In this document: in pieces, positions 25,279 through 38,169 of the stretch
Layout of the letters: every line of letters begins with the position of its first letter
How positions within the stretch are numbered: position 1 is the stretch's first letter
NCBI GenBank assembly: GCA_013239625.1
Contig: MU054187.1
Location: forward strand, 3,731,757-3,795,756
Origin: Lama guanicoe
Lineage: Eukaryota
DNA length: 64,000 bases
Direction of reading: 5' to 3'
The notes under the pieces: model-generated
Databases searched by the model: none
Seen by the model: the letters and a program-made list of their open reading frames with translations, nothing else
What the model was told of the DNA's origin: nothing
Translations under genes and position numbers: made by a program

Positions 25279-27759
25279 GCGTGCGCACCTGCCTGTGCAA
25301 GTGGTGCAGTTTGGCACAGGGAGGGTGTATCACTGAAGCCAGGCGGATGCTTCCACCTTTCTCACCTGCCGCTGTGCAAGGCCAGCCACGAGGGTGACGT
25401 GTGCTTGGTAACTGCTAGCCAGCTAGATCTGCAGCCTCGGGGAAACTTAGGATGAAATCAAGGCTGAGGAAACCTCACATTTTATGTTGAAGTTTTCAGA
25501 TAAAAGCACTGGAAACAAGCTAACTTAAAGTCTGATTTGGAGAGAGGCTAAAATATTCAATCAAATCCGAGTGGCACAGTGGTCAGAGTTGCTGAGCCCT
25601 GCGTGGGGGAAAACCACATCGGCTAGGGCTGCGGGCTGGAGGCTGACGTCCCAGCTCAGCCAGGGACGGCAAAGCTAGAAGTGACATCTCAGAGGTATAG
25701 TAGGTGCATGATTCCTCCGCCACCAAACATGTGACTAAAGCCTGCTATCATAAACTTGATGTGAGAAGCATCAGACTTGAAGTTCAAAGCAGGCAACCCA
25801 GGGTTTTGTTATCCATGACTTGCATCTTGGCTGTAGAGAAAACTCTATCTTTATGACTCCTCCTTTAAATGTACTAACCTAAGCACTTGTGACAGGCTTT
25901 TTCATGTCAGTAGTCTTCCGTGCTATCGTCTATTTCATACACAGGGTTATCCTTTTTTTTTTTTTAAAAAAGGGTTGTCTTGCTCCAAAGTCTACTTTTC
26001 CCCCTAAAATTAGTACGGAAAGGCATCAGGAGTACTCAGCCTCTGCTCCGTCAGGGAGAAAAGGGCGTCACTGTCTGTGGCTTAATTCTACATTTAACTA
26101 GTACTGATTGATGATAACCCAATACAGTTCTCATCCTTGGGAGGAGGATCAGCTTGCTGGCATTGTGTTGTTTTTATAAGGGGCCCGGGACTGACATCTT
26201 AGGGAGGATGCAACAGATTTTAGTATTTCATAGTTTTCTTTTTTGAATCCATTATTTTCCTCATTTTAAGAATGTGGCAACAGCCTGTTCAACCTTCAAA
26301 GACAAGCCTCCCGTATTAGCTGTGCCCTCCTGCCGGCAAGATTTTGCCACGAACGTCCTCGCTCTGGAATCAAGAATCCACAGGAAGACCGTGCGTGCCC
26401 CTGTCTAATCTCACCTGCTGGGGATGGCTGGTTTGAGGTTCCCAGCCACTACTTACTAGTCCTGGTGGGCAACAGGGAAAGGTCTGCTTCTCCCAGTGAC
26501 CACATGGTTTAAGAGATGAAACAATCTTGAAATTTGACTTTGGACATCAGGAATCAGTAATAAACCTTAAGAAATTTTCACAGATGCTTCAAATAGAGGG
26601 TTTTTTTTTCCCGTTGCAACCTTGCAGTCAATTGGAAGTATGCCAACAAATCAGTTCTGATTTTCCTCGTCTAAGGGAGCACTGCATACACAGTCATGTC
26701 ACATGCATGCTCTGTGAAGGGTGAGTGGCAACTCCATAGTTCCAGTATGGTCTTGTGTTTATTGTTCATGATACTGTCTCATCCGGGAGGCCGAGTAGCA
26801 AGGTGGACTTTCTGAACTCGGTGCCAAGCTGGGAGCTGGGGACACAAGCTCTCAAAGTTTTTGGGGACCTTGGAGATAAAACACTGTTATACAGCTCTGA
26901 AACTCTGCACCCGGATCATCCCTCTAAGGGATTAAACTCCTCTGGTACCTTCCCTCTATCAAGAACAAGAAGGAGGAATGGTTGTTTGAGAGTTTCAATC
27001 TCTTATGCTCTTTCGTGTTTAAATAGGAACCAGGCTGCTTAAGAGTGGCCGTGGAAGTCACCTGCATCAGTGTAAGTCAACACGCCAGGTGACTGGTGCT
27101 CCCAGTGCAAAGAGCTGAAATTGTCAGGGTGACTGCGGCAGACACCCCTGCACTCTGAAGGGTGGTCCCGGCATAAGCCCACGCCAGCTTGTCAGTTTGG
27201 ATCCCTAGACTGACCCGGGCAGCCTGCGATCGGTGATGGTAGGAACTGATGTGTAAAATATAAAGCAAAAGACAGACTTAAAAGTTAGAATCCCACCGGC
27301 CAGGGACTGCAAACCTTTCTACTAGGGAGTGACGCAGGAAGCAGCAGAGACCCTGGTTAGAGCCTGCAAGCTGTGGGAGAGCCTGCTGGCACGGCTGGGC
27401 TGCCAGTCACAAGCCCGTCTGCTTCCCTCCTTGTGAAGCCGGCAATTCTGAGATCCACAGAAAAGTGGCCCGGGAGAGTGATGTGTGGACCAATGACAGG
27501 CCAGGGAAATCCTCATGGAGGAAAAGAGGCGGCCACAAACATGTATGTACCTCGGTGAATGAACACGTACCCGCACCCCTGGCCACCGGGGCTCTGGTTT
27601 CCCGAGAGCACTCTTTCTAAGCGCATCTGTCTCATCACCAAAGGAGCAGCTACAGCTAAGGATCTTCGGGATTAACAGAATATTCTGATTTCCATCTGAC
27701 AACTTAAGAGAAATGCATGTTCAGTGGCAAGCACTGTCGGAGTTGGGGAAACAACCAGA

Positions 27760-28140
27760 TTTACAATCAGACTAGATACGGGTTCACGTCCTGGCTGAAT
27801 CACGTGCTAGTTCTGTGACCCTGAACAGGCTATTTAACATCCCTGTTTTTCAGTTTCTTTACCCTCAAAAAGGGGTGCCACCACCCACCTCTTACACTGA
27901 CTGTAATGGGGTCCAGCATGGTCAGCACGCGTGCTGGTTAGAGGGTGGAACACAGAGTCAGCGGACTCAAGTCCCAGCTGTCGCTCTGCCACTTGTTACC
28001 TGTGTTTCTCAGGTGAGCAGTGTGCCTGCCCTAGGTCTCCGTTTCCTTATCTGTGAAGTGGAGGTAGCGATCGGTCTGGCTTTATAGGATTATGATACAG
28101 TTCATACAGGGTGCTTAGCATGGTGGATTGCAGGTGGTGA
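27760..28140 (+). mobile_element. Two adjacent MIR SINE fragments
   Basis: Core motifs tgtgaccctgaacaggctatttaac...cagtttctt and ctctgccacttgttacctgtg...ctccgtttccttatctgtgaagtgg. Confidence 0.65.
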
Positions 28141-28282
28141 AAACTCAAAAATCCTCATTCCCACTCCCCAGTATTTTTTTAAGTTAAAGGGATGCTGGAG
28201 AGAGGCAGACAGACAAAGAAACTGATGCATGTCGAAGTATAAGCTTTTTCCCCAGAGAAAACGGGAAGCACCCAAGATTTAC

Positions 28283-28615
28283 CTGATCGGCCACCCTGTA
28301 CACTTCCTCCTTCCGGCTGCAGTCACAGGTGTAGGCGTGGACCCTCGTGGCTCCAGCCTCCTGAGCCATCCTGAGCGTCTCCTCGTTGCCTTCCTCATTG
28401 ATATCCCAGAGAACAAGCACTGACCCCAGGTGGGCAAATTTGATGGCTAAGAGCCTTCCAAGTCCACTCCCCGCACCTGTTATAAGTACAATTTCACCAG
28501 CAACATTCTTTGGTGGCTTTGGGATTAAGGCAAAAATCGCAGCCTCCAGAAAAGCAAATATTGTCTTTGCTAAGAAAATGGACAGCTCCTTGGCTGAGTT
28601 CACGCTGGGCGCCAT
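28283..28615 (-). CDS. SDR16C5: SDR16C5 coding exon 1 ([11 protein letters not shown]...TGAGSGLG...YRVADQ)
   Basis: ATG at 28615 in AACATGG context. Acceptor tctttcattacag ends at 28630, so the exon starts at 28629 with 14 nt of UTR. Donor CAG|gtaaat at 28283/28282. 333 nt. Confidence 0.96.
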
Positions 28616-31600
28616 GTTCTGGCGGACACCTGTAATGAAAGAGAGACTCACGTGAAGATCCAGGGATCCCTTCCCTCTGGGTTTGCTTACTACACGGAGC
28701 ACGTGGTTTTCTGAAATAGTGTAAGAAACAAAGCAGTGTGATGTCAGCATCTCTCGGTTCAGAGCAGAAGCAGACTCCGAACTTAGAAAGGGATGGGAAC
28801 CCACAGGATCTTGTCTTGGCTGACTTGTACTCAGAGCCCCAAGCTCACTGCACACCCGCGTACCTGCTGAGCGTTACCTGAGACAGAAACGTTCATTAAC
28901 CAGGAACTGTAGCTATGCCCAAATTTAACCCAAAGGAGAAAGCTCACTATTTTTCATAGTTAACCTTTCTTCATAATAATCACACGTCCTGTTGGTTGAT
29001 TTCATGTTCAGAGTCTTGGCCTCGTTGTATTTATGACATAACTGCTACCCTTCTGGTTTTATTTTTGCCTCCTTTTAGGTTTCTGTTTTCTCATCTCAAC
29101 TGTTGTTCTTCAAAATCTGAGATTCAAGAGGAAAATGTAAAATTCTATTTGTATAACCTACCTGAAGAGGAGCAATTAGACTTGCTAAGGCTTTCCCCAC
29201 TGATTTGCCATCAGCACAGTGTACCCGCCCCAGGCTCTGCAGCCCCTGCACGATGTCATGTACCACCGGGCCCTGTGATTGTAGGACACAGTGACAGTTG
29301 GCTGCGCCCTGCCCCTGTCTGGCTGTGGAAGCTGGGGCAGCCATGTAGCCACTTTGGCTCCCAGTCTCTTCACCTTTATGGGTCCTGTGGCCTCGGGTGG
29401 TTTTGCAGATGGAATGAGAGTGTCTGTACGTGTGACCACAATACCAGCCCAAAGTAAGCACTTTATGATGTTATCCTGTTTCTCAGACTCATAGTGCTGC
29501 GTACACGAAGGCACTCAATAGGTTTGCTGAACAACTAAAAGGCCTTCCCTTGACAAACTCATACAAGGCTCAATGCTTATATCCTATCAGTCACTTTAGT
29601 GAGAATGAGCTTATAAGATGCTCTACTAACAGCCAGCTGAGAAAGAAGGGAAGGTCTTATTTCCTCCAGGACAAGAGAAGGGGCCGACTGTGTTGCGGGA
29701 GATAGGGGAGGGGGCTTCCATGAGAGGCGGAGATAAGGGCAGGAGATGTACTTCATTAAAGAACAGCAGTTTGTCCCTTACTTTGCAGTTTGGCTGAGGA
29801 GAGACTAGTTATCACAGATTCACCGAAGCGTGGTTAGACCCTTAGGAAATTGTCCTGACCTAAATTGTTGCTTCTTGGCTGATTCTCCAGGCAAGACTGA
29901 GGACCTAAGAGAACGTGTGTGGTTTAGCCGAGGTCCTGTATTAGCTCCTGCAGGCCACGTGAGTTCATCATTACGTTTACTGAGCACTGACCCTGCACAG
30001 GTCCGATGGTGGGCAGCCTCCCATAACCTCTGCCCCATAATAAGGGTCTAGTAAAGCAAGAAATACATCATTACAGGCTGTAGTATTATAAAGAAAAGTG
30101 GAAGGTGCTCTAGAGAGCAGACAGGAGATCTGCTTTGGTTTGGGATCAGGGGAGGAAGCCACAGGAGAGCCTTGTGGGAAACTGACATTTAATTGGATGT
30201 ATAAATGATGCAGGGTGTGGGGCAGAGAGATCTGGGAGTGGTTTGCTTGGTACAGGAACAGAAGAGTTTGAGTCTTGAGGTAGGTTTGCCCTGTGTCCAG
30301 TGCTGTCCAGGCCATAAGAATGCTGGCAGTGGGGGGACATGGATGTTCTGGTCCAACAAGGAGTACTGGGTTTCACTTTGGATGAACAGGCTCTCAGACT
30401 CTCTGCCACTTTGCTTGGATTTATTTTCATGGAATAGCTTGTGGATGATTGATTGGGTCACGCAGGCTGTGCAGAACTTGGAAAGAAGGTGCCCTGATGG
30501 GTGAACAGTCTCTCGTTTTCAGCACACAGTCACGGGGTGGGTACCAGCAGACCAGAAGGAAGAAGGTCAGACTTCCCACAGGAGTGTGACATCTTGGGCA
30601 CCCTCTGCAGGAGGCAGCTGGGGTGCTGCCAGCACTCCTTCCATGAGAAGACCCACACCTGGCCATGCATACTGTGATGTAAGTCCACACCAGGAGGACA
30701 GAGTTCTACCTCTCTCCTCAGTGTCTCCAGCACCATGCAGGTGGCTGGAAATCTCACCACTGACCTGGCTGACATAAAAGTAAGTGCTGGGGGTCCTAGA
30801 CTTCAGTTTTCTGCTGTCTCAATGCTTACGTGATGCAGCCCCCACTAATACAACACAAGCCCACTGTTAACCCCTGTCTTGGCAGATGGCTTCCTAAGTC
30901 CTTAAGAGCTTGGCATCCTGAGGTCTCTTTCATTTGGCGTTCAGGGTGTCTGCTGGGGACCTGCACAGGCGGTGAGATCTAGAGATGAAAGTCTGGATCT
31001 GCCACTAACCTCTCCGCATCCCTTTTAAAAATTGTTGCATCTCTTGTGCCTCAGTTTCCTCCTCTGACTAGCGGGATTCTACTAGCACCTACCAAAATTT
31101 ATGACACAAGGAAGGTATGGAAATTGAAGGAGGTTAATACAGGTGAAGAATTAAGGAGTATCATATGGTCAGGGCTACTGCATATGGAACTTCTGAGCAA
31201 ATGTGGGGGGAAAAAAAGGCCCCTGCTGCCCTGGGCATAGCCCTCTCCGGGACGCAGAGGGTGGGGCCAGACGACTTTGGGCTGGACTTCCACACCTGCC
31301 AGGTTACTCATCATCTCCCCTCCTTTTCCCCGCCGGCTCCGCCAGTGTGGAAGCCTTGCCAACAGTGCCAGGCACATAATGGCAGCAAAATAAATACCAG
31401 CTAGGGCTCTGATTGCTGTTCCTGCTGGCTTGTGGATCACCTACCCCTGGCTGGCCCAGTGAAAGAGGGTTATGGTAAGCATACTTGCAAACACAAGTAA
31501 ATGTCCGGTTTGGTTTTAGTGTAAAACCTCCTGCTTAGGAAGTCAGGGAGCGTATGTGTTAAATTTAATCAGGCTGAAGACTTCTTTGGTGTCCCCGTCC

Positions 31601-32035
31601 CACGGCCTCCCCACTTAGTCCAGAAGCTGAGCAAACTTGGCGCAGTGTAAACAGGTGACGTCCCCTTCCCGGTCCAGGGCGCGGCCGCAAGTCTGCCTCA
31701 TGGGGTGAGTTGAGGGGGCTGGAGAGAGACGGGTAGATGCAGAGAGCAGGCCACCTGGGCAGAGTGCACCGAAGGGGACCAGGGAGGCATCCCGCTCTGC
31801 TCCGGGATGGGGAGGGAGGCTAGCAGCTCCTCCTCAGGGACCTGGGGCGCGTGGGCAGCCGAAGAGGTGGGCGCCTACGGGACGCTGCACCCTGCGCTCC
31901 GTCTGGCTCGTCCCCCTCCAGCACCGCCCCCGGCCGCGGCCTCTAACCGTCCGCAGCTCGTAACTGCGGGCCTCGCATGCCCAGAGGTCAGCTGGCCCCC
32001 CAACCCACCCCTTGGTCCACACCTCTGCAACTCAC

Positions 32036-32100
32036 CCAGGTCACGCTGCCCTGCTGCCGCTGAGAAGCCCGCCTGGCCCGCAGCAGGCGCCGCGTCACTG
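32036..32100 (-). other. SDR16C5: Candidate non-coding exon 1 of SDR16C5
   Basis: Strong donor TGG|gtgagt at 32036/32035 inside the CpG island. GATAAA TATA-like box at 32131-32126 and GC box at 32135-32140, about 30 nt upstream of a CCAGT initiator-like site near 32099. The TSS is inferred. Confidence 0.6.
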
Positions 32101-32334
32101 GCTCGCAGCCGAGGGAGGCTCGGAGTTTATCCAAGGGCGGGACTCCGCGCCCGCCTGGGGTGGGACGCCCTGGGGGCCCGCGCACCACGTGGGCCACGCT
32201 CTTTCTTCCTCCCTCCCTCCCTCTCCCTCCCCCTCCCTCTCTTTCTTTCTCTCTTCCTTTCTTTTTCCCAGGCGGCCAGATTCAGAAGCTGGCAATTCTG
32301 TCGCGGGGACCCGACGCGCGCGCCGGGATTCCGA

Positions 32335-32490
32335 GCACAAAAATCACTCGGGGACGTTTAAAAATTGCGACGTCCCGGCTGCACCCTGGCTTATTAAATC
32401 AGAATTTGTGGGTTAGCAGGGGCCCTGGCACTAGCAATGAAAAGTTCCCCAGGTGTTCCCAAAGCGCAGCCTGAGGTTGGGAACCCTTGC
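32335..32490. mobile_element. MER5A-like MITE inside the CpG island
   Basis: aatcactcggggacgtttaaaaa...ttattaaatcagaatttgtggg...aagttccccaggtg...ggttgggaacc. Confidence 0.6.
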
Positions 32491-35054
32491 GGAAGAGAAC
32501 AAAGGGGCGGCAGATGCCAGTCCGATGCGGCCGCGGTGAGGGAGCCAGGTCCCGCCTGTGCAGCCTGTGGCGCGGGGCGCAGAGGCCAGTTCCCCGCAGC
32601 GTCTGACGCCTCCGCGTAGGGTCAGGGGCCACGGCTTCTCCGGCCCCGGGCTCCGGCGTGTGGGCATGGGGGAGCCGGGCGTGGGTGTGGCGCTGGCAGG
32701 AGGCCAGAGAAGTGGGCGAGGGAGAAGTCTGTCTCAAGATGAGGCTGAGAACAAAAGGAAGCCAACAGTGCTTCCCAAACAACCGGTACTTAGTCAACGG
32801 CTTCTCTACTTACGAAAGTTCAGAAGACGCAGTGCTACCTTGGCCAAGGGGAAAAAAAAAGATAAAAATCAGTGAATAACCTTAGCTAATAAGTAATATG
32901 TCACCACTGAAATGCTTATGCTAGAGAGTGGAGTTTGATGGGTGGTGAAAGGAGCAGAAATATCAATAAATTAAGAGGTGCTTGAAGGAAAAACGGAGAG
33001 TTGGGTCAAGATTGCATTTCGAATTCACCCCCGGTTGAGTGAAGTCTTGGAGAGCATGGTTAGCCAACCTATATCTGGGACACACCTGGATGTGGGAGGG
33101 ACTGCACATTTGTTCCTTATTTGGCCGGGAGAAGTGGACGTAGGGGAGAGCCTTGAATGTCATTACAGTGTTTAGGAGGTTATGGTGTGTTCCGTGGGCG
33201 GTGGTGAGCTGTGAAAAGTAGCTGTCCTGTGGGAAAGTGAATGGGGGAGGTGTGTGCGTTGTTGGCTTTAGCTCAGCGATCATCACCCAAGGATGTGTGT
33301 CTGGGGCTTTGCGTGGCTGGAGGAACTGCAGAGCATTTGCCCAGGGTGGTGGAGGGGGGCGAGACAGTCAGGAATGCGCATGTGCAGGTGATAAAGCCAT
33401 GCACCGGAGGTACCCCTGGTGCACGGAAGATGGGCACCTAACCAGCCTGCTTGAGGGGAGGTAGCTAGGCAGAAAGAGCCTTCCCAATTCGGAGACAGAA
33501 TGGGTCAAGGTGTGGAGGGACTCCACTGGGGGTGGTGGACTAAGGCACAGAAAAACTGAGTGATGGGATCCAGGGCACAGAGCTTACCTGCAAGAGTTCA
33601 GATGGAGAGTCGCTGGAAAATAACCAGTCTTATGTAGTCTTCATGGTTTCTCTGAGAAAGATCCTGGGCTGTCCCTCATCTCTGGTCAGAAGTTTAGAGT
33701 GGACCTCAAGAAAGAAATCTCCAGCATTCCTAGAAGCCTCGTTAAGCTAAAACATGAATGTAATGCAGTGGGGCTCCTCTGATGATGCAAGTCAGGGAAC
33801 GAGGGGGCCTGTCATTTGGAAAAGGTCTCATTTTCCCTTGGTGTGGGGAGCACTCAGTGGATGAAGGATGACCGTAATCCTGAAAACTAAAAGTGCTTTT
33901 AAAGGGTCCTTGGTGGCAAAGGCTAGGAACAGACACTTTTTAATGTCAGATGTAGAGTGGGCTAATGAACATAATGGAAAACTGTTCTGACTTTATACTT
34001 AGAGAAATGCATATTAAATGGTCAAATTAAATGGTCAAAAAGAGAATGTCTTTATATGGTGGTGGTATAAATGACACATTTCTGGAGAGCAAGTATGTAT
34101 CGGGAGCTAGAAGGTTATGTCACCTTTCACCTAATTCCACCTGTTGGGATCTATATTTTCAGAATAGCCAGATGTCATGTGTTGACTCCAGAAAGGGAAA
34201 CTGGCCACTAGGAGTGAGGGGTCAGAAAGGAGACTTTTGACTGTTTCATGGAAATGTATTACTCTTTCTGGAAATACATATATTAATAAAAATAAATTGA
34301 TCATTGATTTCTAAGAAATATGTGCAGCTAGAGTACTCTACAGCCATTTTTAAATGAAATTATGTTTTTCAAGGATATAGGAAAATATTCTTCACATAAT
34401 ATGAGTTAAAAAGCATAGTAAAAGGCTAAATGTTTACTATGATCCTACTTTTCTATGAGAACTTTTATTTGTATGCATTAGAAATGCTGGTAATGAATTT
34501 GCCAACATCTTAACATTTTTTTATTGAATAGTGGAATTTTGATTGATCTTTATTTTTTCTTTGTGTCTTCTTATATTTTCCAGATTTTCCACTGTATACG
34601 TATTTTTATTTCATAATAAAAATGTTTCTTAGAACATACGTACACAGATATTTCCACTCAAGATGGTAGACGAGCATACACATTTGTATCCCATTTTCTT
34701 CCAAAATTCCATTGAAATGAACAGGAATATATAATAATGTGAATAAAAACATAATAGGATGCTAGAAAAAAGAAAGGGCTATCAGTGAGGACTGACTGGA
34801 AGTCAGTAAGCAGATAGATTCCATTTCCAGAAACCAGAGCAAAAGACACTTTAACATAAAACATCCTTCCCAACAAAACCCTGAGTGACTGCAATTCAGG
34901 AAGTAAATACAAAGAGTGGAAATAGGATACAGGGCATTTGCCTGGACTAATAGTTTTGATAGAAAAACAAAAACACTGAAAAAAGTATTGAAATAAAATA
35001 TAAAGTACTTTGGAACTGGGCAAGGCCCCACTCAACCTGAAACCATCTATTATT

Positions 35055-35489
35055 TTTTTTTAAATTTTTGATTGAAGTATAGTTGATTTACAATGTTAGT
35101 TTCAGGTGTACAGCAAAGTGATTCCGTTATACATATATATGTTTTTTTCTTTCCAGATTCTTTTCCATTATATGTTGTTACAAGAAATTGAGTATAGTTC
35201 CCTGTGCTATACAGTAGGTCCTTGTTTATCTATTTTATATATAGTAATGTGTGTTTGTTAACCCCAGACTCCTAATTTATCCCTCCCTGCCATTTCCCCT
35301 TTGGTAACCATAGTTTGTTTTCTATGTCTGAGGGTTTGTTTTTGGTTTGTAAATAGAATTTGTATCTTTTGTTTTAGATTCCACATATAAATGATACCAT
35401 CTGATATTTGTCTTTCTCTGTCTGATTTACTTCACTTAATAGATAATCTCTAGGTCCATCTATGTTGCTGCAAATGGCGTTATTTCATT
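35055..35489 (-). mobile_element. Cetartiodactyl-type L1 3' end with TSD
   Basis: Poly-T followed by attgaagtatagttgatttacaatgttagtttcaggtgtacagc. ctgaaaccatc duplicated at 35037-35047 and 35490-35500. Confidence 0.85.
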
Positions 35490-35499
35490 CTGAAACCAT

Positions 35500-36110
35500 C
35501 AGTTACTGATCTGACTCCATAAAAAAGTGTAAACTTCTGTACAATAAAAAAATCATGAGCAAAGTAAAATGACAAGCAACAGACTAGGAGAAAAATTTTC
35601 ACATAAAGAATTGACAAGTGATGAGTAGCCATAATTTGCAGCATTTTATAAGCCACTGTGAGTCAGAGAGTAGGGAAAAATGAGTGAAAAAATGCACAGG
35701 TAATTCATAGGCAAATAGAGACAAATAACTGAAAACATCTGAGAAGATGCTAGATTTCACTGGTATTCAGGAAAACGCAAATTGAAAAAGAACATCCTTT
35801 TTTTTCACCCATTGCTATTGAGATATGAAAAAATTATATAAAAATTCAGCAGTGGTGAGAGTGGGAACACAGGCATTCTCATGCACTGAGTGTGAGAACA
35901 GACACTGCATATCCTTTATGGAAGGCAGCTGGACAGGAGCTGGTATGCCTTTTGACTTCGCTTTTTCACATCTAGGAATCGATCGTATAGAAATTTTAAT
36001 GTTTATGCAGAAAGAATCCTCATTGAAGCTTGTTTGCAATAGCAAAAAAAAAAATAGAAACGACTTAAATGCACATCTGGATTTGGTTAGTTGGAAATTA
36101 TAAAATCCTC
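35500..36110 (+). mobile_element. Old L1M 3' fragment
   Basis: aaacttctgtacaataaaaaaatcatgagcaaagtaaaatgacaagc...ctaggagaaaa and gaaaagatgc-type ORF2 C-terminal motifs. Confidence 0.55.
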
Positions 36111-38169
36111 AGAGAAGAACGAAGTTAGCTTAAAGGTAGATTTGTTTGTTACATGACAAGAGAAAAACAAGCAGTGTCAGCTGGGACAGAACTGGAAACA
36201 CGTATATTTGACTCATATGGACAGGTAGGAAGAACAACACATATGAATAAATAATCTGGGAGTCCACAGAGGCAGGGGACAGTTGTGCTACCACCTAGTT
36301 GGGGAGAGTGACCACATACGACAGAAACTCAGAAGTTTCAGAAAGCTAGGACTCAGAGAAGGCAGTGATAGGACCAGGCAGGTGAGTGGAATTCCTGTGC
36401 GCTGCGTTTCTCAGCAGGGCTGGTCATAGAGTCAAACCGTCATCATTCCAACGCTTGCAGAAAAAGACAGAAGGATGTGTTGTTATAAGTTTGTTTTTGT
36501 GCCTCTCTTTATCCCAAGATCATTGTCACCGCTAAAGCTTTTTTTTTGTCTGAGTAATCTTAGTGTGAATGGGCGAATGGCATGGAAATGAATTTATGTA
36601 GATTTGTCCTAGTTTGTTTTGCCAAGGTTGCTTGAATCACGTTGGAAGATGATTCAGGCGCCAGTGTCTCAATACCCAGAAAAGTTTTCTTCTCTTCATT
36701 TCGCCTCTCTCTTCTTGGGTTTCTTTTCCTTTTTGATTCTGTCTTTGGTCAGGAAACAGTGCTAGAGAAAGGCATTAGCTGCCTGTATTAGCCATAGATA
36801 TGTGACCAGGTGGGATGCCAGACAGGCAGTCTGTCCCTGACCCCCACTCTGTAAAGCTTTATCGAAGTGTAAGTTACATGCTGTAAAATTCACCCATTTG
36901 ACACTTGCCATTTGGGTTTTGGTAATTTATACAGTCAATTTACATATGGAAATTTAGTTAATTTAGTATGTTTACATAATTGTGCATTATGGGGGTGCAT
37001 TCCATCACCCCAGTGATTTGTTGGGAACATTGTAAAACCAACTATTTGGTTTAGATTTATTGGGGAGTGGGGGTAACACAGATGGTATAAATTCTGGCCT
37101 CAGCTGCACAGTCTCTCTCTAGGGCGGTTCTCTAGACAGAACTCCTTGCCCAGATCGACCCTCTGGCAGTGTAACTTTCCTGGGATTCTGACTTCTACAG
37201 ACCTCATGTTTCTGTCTTTTCTCACCACTATATAAGCACCTAGGAGATGCACACACATCATCTCTCTCACCTCTTGAAAAATGCCAGCATGGGAGAGCCT
37301 TAACCCTCAGGAGTTTTACTTTCTTATCTTTATTATGCTTTTCGAAACAGTTGTACCAATTATTGAAAAGATTAAAAAAAAATTTATCCTGGATGTTTAG
37401 ATCCTTATTTGAAGACTTTCTCTGGGCATCTGGTCGTCCACAGAACCAGAAACGGAAGTCATCATACTCATCCTTAAAAACTTAAAAAAAATTTTTTTGA
37501 AATAACATTTATTATAAAGACTTCCAGGAGTACAACACAGAGTGGGCTGATTTTAAGGGAATTTATTTCCAGGTCTTAAGCCACACATGTACTCTTTCCT
37601 AAAATGATCTGAGACTAGCCTGTGCTCTGCTGGTTCTCCTTTCTCACTTTTTCTCATAATCACACCAGGCCTGTTGTACAAAAAATGGAGTGCTTCTTGC
37701 CCTTTTGGAATTGTACTCATAGTTAGCCCTGGGATGCAAACACCTCCTGGATAGCAGCTGGATTATTCTAGAATGGATAGCTCCTGAGGAAGAGCTGCAT
37801 GAGGACAAAGGAAAGCTAGCACAACACAAAGGGGGCGGTGCCTTTTCATCCGGGCGGCAGGCTCACCACAGCACTTCCTGCCTTCTCTCAGAATTAAGAA
37901 GTGAAAATTTCCCACGGGAATGTGTGTTAACATTTTCGTTTTCAAATCAATGTCAGTTTATTTTTTCTAATAGTGAGTATCCCTTTGCATTGTCTCATTA
38001 GTTTGTCATTGAGGGTTGACTCTGTCCTTCCCAGGGCAGACATTCTCTAGCAATGGAGAAAACTCAGAATATAGCTTCATGGTTATGATGAAAATATACT
38101 TAAAGTACATGAAATATACAGTACACAGGAAATTGCATCTTTTAGGTTACTTATATTTATGATTTTTAA

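Larger units (their letters stand above)
17468..28615 (-). other. SDR16C5: SDR16C5 (epidermal retinol dehydrogenase 2, RDHE2) coding span, 6 coding exons, 309 aa
   Basis: Exons of 333+132+100+145+126+94 = 930 nt splice in frame. SDR motifs present: [12 protein letters not shown], catalytic S and YCASK. C-terminus GQKKKD*. Length and exon sizes fit mammalian SDR16C5 as I recall them. Confidence 0.95.
31600..32720. promoter_or_regulatory. CpG island / probable SDR16C5 promoter
   Basis: Visibly GC- and CpG-dense compared with the flanks (CGCG and GCGGCCGC sites), with GC boxes and a CACGTG E-box at 32186-32191. About 3.5 kb upstream of the ATG exon. Confidence 0.85.

Noticed and set aside
28616..28855. 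80-aa N-terminal extension of SDR16C5 in the ORF track (223-aa ORF)
   Set aside because: It starts at a GTG and crosses a good splice acceptor at 28630. The upstream part is intronic, and the ATG at 28615 gives the expected 309 aa.
31807..32879. Many overlapping 60-184 aa ORFs
   Set aside because: Expected from stop-codon scarcity in a GC-rich CpG island; low-complexity Pro/Ala/Arg peptides with no recognisable domain.
34013..34038. 13-bp tandem duplication attaaatggtcaa x2
   Set aside because: Ordinary slippage duplication within old repeat-derived DNA.
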